IMG/VR virus record: IMGVR_UViG_3300046536_000394
Reading direction: 5' to 3' (one strand)
Length of the DNA: 20,000 nucleotides
Source of the DNA: an uncultured virus (IMG/VR IMGVR_UViG_3300046536_000394)
Lineage: Duplodnaviria; Heunggongvirae; Uroviricota; Caudoviricetes
Positions 8,865-14,870 of this stretch are shown piece after piece. The first letter of the stretch is position 1; each line of letters begins with the position of its first letter. The notes beneath the pieces were generated by a model, which was given only the letters and a program-made list of their open reading frames with translations, was not told the DNA's origin and made no database searches. A program made the position numbers and the translations under genes.

Positions 8865-9358
8865 AAAACTATCCATCCCCGTTGTAGTGACAGCGCCACG
8901 GCGGCCGTCGTGTTTCTGACGTTGAGCTTGTGGCGGATCGCCGTGTTCAAATGAACCATCGAGCTAGCCGACCTCTTCATGACGCGCCCGATCTCCGCGT
9001 TGGTGTGGCCATGCGCCGCCAGCGAAAGAGCCTCAGTCTCGATGACGTTGAGCGGAGAGCGCATCTTCGCATCTATCCTATCCAACGCCTTCGAAACCAA
9101 CTGGATCGCGTCCAGGATATCGTTGCCGCCGTCTGGTTTTGGAGAGCGAAAGGCGAACCGGAGCTGGCGTGCTGCATCGATCAGCGTGAGATCCCCAACC
9201 GGCGCGACGCGCTCCATCATGTCAAAATCTTCGGCGAGGGCTTCGGCGCATGCCTTCCAGCCGTCACGCCATCCAGCCTGCCGGCTTTCGTGCTTCGGTA
9301 TGTTGGCGTAGGATTTCAAGATATCGCGCCATCCTGGCGGAATTGGTGGTTTCGTCAT
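8861..9358 (-). CDS. LuxR/GerE-type C-terminal HTH transcriptional regulator
   Basis: LNVIETEALSLAAHGHTNAEIG...IRHKLNVRNTTAAVALSLQRGWI; start re-assigned to MTKPP (ATGA overlap, GAGG upstream). Confidence 0.85.
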   Translation of the reverse strand: MTKPPIPPGWRDILKSYANIPKHESRQAGWRDGWKACAEALAEDFDMMERVAPVGDLTLIDAARQLRFAFRSPKPDGGNDILDAIQLVSKALDRIDAKMRSPLNVIETEALSLAAHGHTNAEIGRVMKRSASSMVHLNTAIRHKLNVRNTTAAVALSLQRGWIVL

Positions 9359-9552
9359 CTCGACTTCCTCGTGAAGTGCATTCGATAGCAGCCCTTGGCA
9401 AATTTCGATGGCTCGAATGGCTCTCTCACCAATGATGTCCCGGTCCATTGCATTCCATTCTCTTTTGCGAGGGCCCTGGCCGCGTCGCGTTCTGCATTAG
9501 AAGCCACTACGACTTCAGCACGATCGTCGCTTATCCTGAGGCACAGCGTCAT
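9355..9552 (-). CDS. Hypothetical protein (MTLCLRISDD...)
   Basis: 65 aa, ATGA-coupled to both the ProQ-like and LuxR-type genes. Confidence 0.65.
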   Translation of the reverse strand: MTLCLRISDDRAEVVVASNAERDAARALAKENGMQWTGTSLVREPFEPSKFAKGCYRMHFTRKSR

Positions 9553-10229
9553 TTCGCATCGCGCTCGCGGATCCGGCGTTCGAAGTCGGCGATTCGTGCG
9601 TCGTCTTGCGCTTTGCGGCCGCTGGAATGATACCAGTTGTCGCTCATCGAAGCGGCGTATTGGTAGTATTTCAGGCGCTCCAGCTCTTCCTCGAGCGTCG
9701 GCATCGGGACGAAGTCGTCCGGGATCCCCATCTTCGCAGCGGGCACCCCCATGACATCGGCCATGTGCTTGCGGTTCATCTCCGCCCACTGCTCATAGGA
9801 AAGTACAAGTGGATCGGCAGTCGGAGCGCCAAACAATGCCTCGCCGACCTGGACCGGTCCCGCGGGGTCTCGCTTCGGATTAGGAATGCGTTTGCCGGCA
9901 TTGAGGAGCTCGATACACGCCTTGGCGTACTCTGCGGCGTCATCGTCCACGAAGCCGGAGAACATGCCTGCGAGCCCTACCCTGACGGCGCCCTTTCGGC
10001 ATGCCTGGAAATAATGGATGCCGGTGACGTAGTCGGTCATGAAGGCGGAGATGTGCCGATGCGACAGACCCGGGAATTTCTCGCGGGCATCCTTCAGCAG
10101 ATCTCTCTTGATACCAATTTTCAGGGGACGCTTTGCAAGCCCTGGGGCGACGAAGCAATTCGGATACTCGTGCACCATAGCGGTGCGGAGCTGGTTCATT
10201 TCCAGCTTAGAAACCCGTTTGCGGGACAT
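9549..10229 (-). CDS. ProQ/FinO-domain RNA chaperone with extra C-terminal region
   Basis: YPNCF...KRPLKIGIKRDL...MTDYV...YFQAC.KGAVRVGLAG...G.V matches the ProQ/FinO core; GGAG upstream of ATG 10229. Confidence 0.88.
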   Translation of the reverse strand: MSRKRVSKLEMNQLRTAMVHEYPNCFVAPGLAKRPLKIGIKRDLLKDAREKFPGLSHRHISAFMTDYVTGIHYFQACRKGAVRVGLAGMFSGFVDDDAAEYAKACIELLNAGKRIPNPKRDPAGPVQVGEALFGAPTADPLVLSYEQWAEMNRKHMADVMGVPAAKMGIPDDFVPMPTLEEELERLKYYQYAASMSDNWYHSSGRKAQDDARIADFERRIRERDAK

Positions 10230-10257
10230 TGATTCCATCTCCAAGGAACGATGGATT

Positions 10258-10309
10258 ATGTATACCTTTCTGATTAGAAAGCGCAATAGGTATACGAATA
10301 AAAATATAC
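10258..10309 (-). promoter_or_regulatory. Leftward promoter/operator (PL/OL-like)
   Basis: GTATAC at 10260 and 10290 plus ATATAC at 10304; on the minus strand TTGCGC-N16-TATACA; inverted repeat CTTTCT-N4-AGAAAG at 10266-10281; AT-rich. Confidence 0.6.
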
Positions 10310-10347
10310 AATTTTATCGACCTGGGATTAATCCCTATTGACGAGGG

Positions 10348-10917
10348 TGCGTCTAAGCCCGAAAAGAAAAAGCCCACGGAGGGAAAAGATCCGACCGTGG
10401 GCTCTGTGAGCAAAAACTGCCTGCCAAGACAATTGACGAGATTTATAAGGGAAAATCCCTGATCGTTCAATAGTGAAGCGGCTCACAGAGGCTTAAAAGC
10501 CCGGAAATGATGGGTCCGCTCGGTGGTTCCCGCCATTGTTTTGAAGCTTTGAGGCTTGAGTGACGCGGTTTCCAAGTGATTCGCCCGCGCTGCCGATCTT
10601 TTCCGGACCATGAATTGCTTTGCGGTGCTGATGCCTGGCTCATCAGACGGAATCGATCAGGCTTAGACCCCCTGCCGGGAACACCGCTTTTGCAAGGCGC
10701 CGGGAAACTCAACCAGATTATACCGAAGCCAAGACACGGCTTTCGCTCGTATTGCCCATAAATGATCGTGACGAGATCGATAAAAAGACTGGCAATGTTA
10801 GACGCAGTAGCGGCTGCGAAATCAAACCGAGGTTGAGATTAGGATGATTCCACGGATGCTTGGTGCTGAAGGGCTGCACCGGAATAGACCGCGTCTCGCT
10901 GTGTTAGAGACGGTCTA
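10348..10917 (-). ncRNA. Putative large structured non-coding RNA (ends and strand uncertain)
   Basis: No credible ORF; many perfect 6-10 bp stems, both local and nested long-range; ends in a minus-strand intrinsic terminator. Confidence 0.5.
10361..10403 (-). terminator. Rho-independent terminator of a minus-strand transcript
   Basis: Stem AGCCCACGG (10371-10379) / CCGTGGGCT (10395-10403), followed on the minus strand by TTTTCTTTTC. Confidence 0.8.
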
Positions 10918-10954
10918 AAATGATACCTGTACCCAATCGATAGAATAATCATAA

Positions 10955-11001
10955 AAAGGTATACATTCCGCTTGCACCACTAACCCGGAATACGTATACA
11001 T
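10955..11001 (+). promoter_or_regulatory. Rightward promoter/operator (PR/OR-like)
   Basis: CTTGCA-N17-GTATAC (10971-10999) resembles the rhizobial sigma70 consensus CTTGAC-N17-CTATAT; AAAGGTATACAT (10955-10966) is the exact reverse complement of 10258-10269. Confidence 0.65.
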
Positions 11002-11032
11002 TTATGTGACGGCTTAATCAGTGAGAGTTAGA

Positions 11033-11275
11033 ATGCGAATCAAACATACCGCTACAGACCTGGGAGATCGGACCGGTGTCGCCGCTTTGTCAGCGACGCT
11101 TTTCCTCAACGAAGTCGCGGAGAAATTGGGGCTTTCGCACATTGCTGTTCGCAAGTGGTCACGCATCCCCAATAAGCATCTCGATGCCGTACACGAGATG
11201 TCCGATATCCCGCTCCACATCCTCCGGCCTGATCGTTTCGACATCAACGGGCCAATCGAAAAAACCAAATCATAA
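11033..11275 (+). CDS. Cro/YdaS-like HTH regulator
   Basis: EVAEKLGLSHIAVRKW.RIP...VHEMSDIP.HILRPD.F pattern; first gene of the rightward operon. Confidence 0.85.
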   Translation: MRIKHTATDLGDRTGVAALSATLFLNEVAEKLGLSHIAVRKWSRIPNKHLDAVHEMSDIPLHILRPDRFDINGPIEKTKS

Positions 11276-11538
11276 AGCTTTCCCTGCAACCGTCTTGACG
11301 CTTGGGCAGGGGCGACACCGTGCGGAGAAATTAGGCGACGATCCGGATTAGATACCCGGGAAATGGAGAGGGGCCGGTGGAGAGCTCACCGGTGCAGGGT
11401 TCCCAGGGTAAGCACATTCCCCCTGGGATGGAATTCATAACTCACCAAAATCGTCGCAAGTCGCCCATTTGTAGCACCGCGGGAAACCAGAAAATGAAAC
11501 ACTTTTCTCCGATGGAGATTAAGAAGGGAAGCAATAAA

Positions 11539-12300
11539 ATGGCGAAGAAACCCGCCCCAGGCGCAGGCCACAACGGGACCGGACTTACCGAAGATCAGGA
11601 AAAGGTCTTTGTTGTCGAGCTTCAGAATTTCACGGATGCCGAATCCTCCATGGCGGAGAAAAAGGGTTCGATGTCCGGCATCATGAAGCGCCTCGAGTCC
11701 GCCGGCTTCACCCCGGAACACATCAAGTGGGCGAAGCGTCTGAAGAAAGAAAACGTCGCGTCCATCATCGGCGATCTGAAGATGAAGATCGGCATCGCGC
11801 GCTTGCTCGGCCACGCCGCCGGTCGCCAGCTCGATATCTTCGACGATCGCACCCCGCTCGAGGACGCCGCCTATCTCGAGGGCTTGTCCGACGGCAAGAT
11901 GGGCGTCGCCAATGCGAACCCCTACGGCATGGATACCGCAGCCGGCCAGCGTTGGCAGCAGGGCAGCAACGAAGGCCACACGCTCCGGAACGCTTGGCTG
12001 AACGAAGCCATCAATGGCAAGCCTCCTGCAGCCGAAATCATCAAGGGCGACGCCGATGTTGAAGATGAGACCGAAGAAGCTGGCAACGAAGCCGAAGCTG
12101 TCGCGGCTGTCGAAGTTGTTCAGGAAGCGCCCGCCGTGGCCGATATACCCTTCGCGGATGCCGCTGAAGACGCTGACACCGGCAATTTGGGGCGGGGAGA
12201 TGGTGTCGAGCGCGAAGAGGGCGCCGTTCCGGTGGAAGTAGCGCCGGCCGCCGCATCCGACGATTGGGACAACGAGACCCCGCCGCCTCGTGCGGCATAA
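11539..12300 (+). CDS. Protein with GapR/DUF2312-like N-terminus, RMF-like middle motif and acidic tail
   Basis: GHN motif, then a coiled coil and KRLESAGFT; AYLEG..DGKMG....NPY......QRWQQG..EG; D/E-rich C-terminus. The start could be at 11494 or 11512. Confidence 0.7.
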   Translation: MAKKPAPGAGHNGTGLTEDQEKVFVVELQNFTDAESSMAEKKGSMSGIMKRLESAGFTPEHIKWAKRLKKENVASIIGDLKMKIGIARLLGHAAGRQLDIFDDRTPLEDAAYLEGLSDGKMGVANANPYGMDTAAGQRWQQGSNEGHTLRNAWLNEAINGKPPAAEIIKGDADVEDETEEAGNEAEAVAAVEVVQEAPAVADIPFADAAEDADTGNLGRGDGVEREEGAVPVEVAPAAASDDWDNETPPPRAA

Positions 12301-12416
12301 GAATTAACCGGGCACCCCAAACGGCCGGTTAGTCAGTGCGTCAGGGGTGGATCTTAACGTCCGCATCGTGAGTCCACCCCTCCGCTACCCAAATTACCTC
12401 CCCTACAAGCGATCAG

Positions 12417-13211
12417 ATGACAAAAGCCATTTTCAAATCGGAAGCGGAGCTTTGCCGCGCCTTCATTTCGCAGCTCCCAAAGGGCTGGACCGCTTATGCC
12501 GAGTCTTGCAATTTCGATATCGTCCTGGCGCATGCCGACGGGACACAGATCGGCATCGAAGCCAAGCTTACCTTGAATGCAAAAGTCATCCTCCAGGCCG
12601 TCGATCGCACCACGAAGTATCGGGAAAAGGGGCCGGATTTCCGCGCCGTGCTTGTTCCGGCCGGGACAGCCGGACACGAGATGAAGGCAATTGCCAAGCT
12701 CCTCGGGCTCACCACGATCGAGATGAAGTCGAAAGAGCTCTATCTCGAGACAAAACGGAAGTACATGGAGAACGACAAGTTCACGCCGCACCTTCCCCTC
12801 GATCCTCGATCCGCATGGCGGGCCAATGATTACTGGATCGACTGCGCGCCGATCGACCGCCTGAAGCTGCCGGAATACGTTCCGGATGTCACTGCCGGCG
12901 CCTCCGGCCCCTCGCAATTGTCCGAGTGGAAAATCAAGGCGATCAAGATCTGCGTTCTCCTCGAGAAAATTGGTTATGTCACCCCGATGGATTTTGCCGA
13001 AATCGGCATCGACCGCGGCCGCTTCGTCACCATGGGGTGGATCAAAATGAACCCGGAGAAGCGCGGCCACTATCTCCCAGGTTTCTGCGCCCTGGATCTC
13101 CGCCGCGCCCATCCGCGCAATTACGTTGAGATCGAAGCCCATTTCGAAAAGTGGAGGCCGAAAAAGGGCATCCCGCAGACTGTCATCACCATTGAAGGGG
13201 AAACGGTATGA
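12417..13211 (+). CDS. Phage PD-(D/E)XK restriction-endonuclease-fold protein
   Basis: SEAELC...YAE...FDIVL...IGIEAKL motif spacing. Confidence 0.75.
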   Translation: MTKAIFKSEAELCRAFISQLPKGWTAYAESCNFDIVLAHADGTQIGIEAKLTLNAKVILQAVDRTTKYREKGPDFRAVLVPAGTAGHEMKAIAKLLGLTTIEMKSKELYLETKRKYMENDKFTPHLPLDPRSAWRANDYWIDCAPIDRLKLPEYVPDVTAGASGPSQLSEWKIKAIKICVLLEKIGYVTPMDFAEIGIDRGRFVTMGWIKMNPEKRGHYLPGFCALDLRRAHPRNYVEIEAHFEKWRPKKGIPQTVITIEGETV

Positions 13212-13699
13212 GCATGTTTGAAGAGGCTTCGTTGAGATCCATGGCGTGCAGCGAATCGGCTCTCGCCATTGGGATAGCTGCGGAGCACTTGGTTTGCGCT
13301 GATTTGATTATCAAGGGCTACAAGGCTTTCTCCAGCGATCAAACCTCGCCGTACAACATCGTCGTCGATATGGGCGATCGACTACTGCGGATCCAGGTAA
13401 AGGCGACGTGCTTCCCAAAGAATTTGAACGCGAACGGTAGGTCTAGCCGGATCGGCTACGGGTTCCATGTTCGCAGGCGCGGCAAGTTTCAAGATAAGCG
13501 TCTCGACGAAACGCATTGCGACCTGGTCGCCTTCGTGGCGATGGATATTTGCAAGATTGGATACCTACCCGTCGGCGAGTGCGGGCAGACATTCCAGGTC
13601 ATGGGTCCGGGGTTTGAATTCAAAGGGAAAGTCAAGCGTAGCCGGATCGTTAGCATCGACAAGATGCCGTTCTCTGAAGCCGTTGCGAGGTTGCCATGA
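13208..13699 (+). CDS. PD-(D/E)XK endonuclease, I-Ssp6803I-like (PDDEXK_5) homing-endonuclease type
   Basis: GIAAEHLVCADL...GY...PY[N]IVVD....LLRIQVKAT...CDLVAFV. Confidence 0.8.
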   Translation: MSMFEEASLRSMACSESALAIGIAAEHLVCADLIIKGYKAFSSDQTSPYNIVVDMGDRLLRIQVKATCFPKNLNANGRSSRIGYGFHVRRRGKFQDKRLDETHCDLVAFVAMDICKIGYLPVGECGQTFQVMGPGFEFKGKVKRSRIVSIDKMPFSEAVARLP

Positions 13700-14289
13700 A
13701 CCACGCCGGTCCTCTTTTTAGCAATTGGCCATTCCAAGGTCTCGAGCCGAACGGCTACGATTTCCTCATGTGCGATCCGCCGTGGCGCTTCGAACTGCGA
13801 TCGGAGAAGGGCGAAGAGAAGTCCGCCCAATCGCACTACGAGACCATGTCGCTCGAGGAGATCAACGAGCTGCCGGTCATGGATCTAGCCCGCAAGGACA
13901 CGCTGCTATGGCTTTGGGCAACGGCCCCGATGCTGAACCAGCAATTGACCACGGTGCGCGCCTGGGGCTTCCGCTACTGCACTGAAGGCGTTTGGGTGAA
14001 GATGACGAAACACGGCAAGATCCACTTCGGAACCGGCTACGGGCTTCGTGGATCTCACGAGCCTTTCATCCTCGCCAAGCGCGGCAACCCCAAACTTACG
14101 AAGTCGACCAGGTCCGTCATCATGGGCAAGGTTCGCGAGCACAGCCGGAAGCCTGAGGAGGCTTATGAGGCCGCCGAAAAGCTGATGCCTGGGGCGACTC
14201 GAGCCGATCTCTTTTCCAGAACCAATCGGCCAGGATGGACAGCCTGGGGCAAGCAAACCGGCAAATTCAACGTAGAGGAAGCGGCATGA
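13696..14289 (+). CDS. MT-A70 family N6-adenine methyltransferase
   Basis: YDFLMCDPPW, HYETMSLEEI.ELPV, LWLWAT, WGFRY, HSRKP, DLFSR...GWTAWG. Confidence 0.93.
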   Translation: MNHAGPLFSNWPFQGLEPNGYDFLMCDPPWRFELRSEKGEEKSAQSHYETMSLEEINELPVMDLARKDTLLWLWATAPMLNQQLTTVRAWGFRYCTEGVWVKMTKHGKIHFGTGYGLRGSHEPFILAKRGNPKLTKSTRSVIMGKVREHSRKPEEAYEAAEKLMPGATRADLFSRTNRPGWTAWGKQTGKFNVEEAA

Positions 14290-14870
14290 AAATTATGTGT
14301 TTGGACCCTGCGAGCAAGCTCGGTTGGGCAGTTCATACCATCGGCGACACCTTCAGCGGCGTCGAGCTCGGGACAATCCACCTCGAGGGCAAGGGACCAT
14401 TCGCCAAGGTCAAGGCGGTCCGGAAATTGCTGCCACCGCTGATCAAGAAATACCGTCCGGATTATGTCGCCTTCGAATCGCCGCTGCAGTTCATTCCGAA
14501 ATACGAACGGACCAAGACCGACATCTTCGGCGAGGATGAGACGACGTCGACCATGAACGCCGGCACAACGCTGATGCTGAACCGGATCTCCGGAGCGGTC
14601 CAGTGCGTCATCGAAGGCTTCGATATCCCCTGCGAGGAGGTGTTCCCGATCTCCTGGCAAAGCGTCATCGATAAGCGGATACCGAAGAAAAGCGCCAATG
14701 GCGACAAGATCTCGGTCAAAGAAAGGATCCGGATGATGTGCGATCTGAACCGCATCGTCGGCGGCAACCAGGACGCCAAAGACGCCGCCGTAATGTGCAT
14801 ATGGGCGGCGCAGAAAAGTCAAATACTCAAGCAAATCATGAACCATGGGATGGAGCTAGACCTCGTATGA
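14286..14870 (+). CDS. RuvC-like Holliday junction resolvase
   Basis: MKIMCLDPASKLGWAV, PDYVAFE, NQDAKDAAVM; ATGA coupling. Confidence 0.82.
   Translation: MKIMCLDPASKLGWAVHTIGDTFSGVELGTIHLEGKGPFAKVKAVRKLLPPLIKKYRPDYVAFESPLQFIPKYERTKTDIFGEDETTSTMNAGTTLMLNRISGAVQCVIEGFDIPCEEVFPISWQSVIDKRIPKKSANGDKISVKERIRMMCDLNRIVGGNQDAKDAAVMCIWAAQKSQILKQIMNHGMELDLV

Noticed and set aside
10337..10740. CRISPR array or retron msr-msd
   Set aside because: Repeats are only about 9 nt and irregularly spaced; no cas or reverse transcriptase gene in the window
10207..10761. Short ORFs in the central interval (10207-10470, 10467-10712, 10576-10761) as a repressor gene
   Set aside because: No HTH or peptidase motifs, low-complexity composition, weak starts, and one runs through the terminator and promoter
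10347..10920. Group II intron (GTGCG at 10347) or group I intron
   Set aside because: No domain V-like hairpin, no group I core motifs that I can identify, no interrupted gene and no maturase
10328..11030. CtrA boxes (TTAA-N7-TTAA) near the divergent promoters
   Set aside because: Only single TTAA half-sites; the spacing to a second half-site does not match
11282..11466. Known riboswitch or tRNA
   Set aside because: Lacks the conserved cobalamin or glycine aptamer motifs and tRNA T-loop/acceptor features
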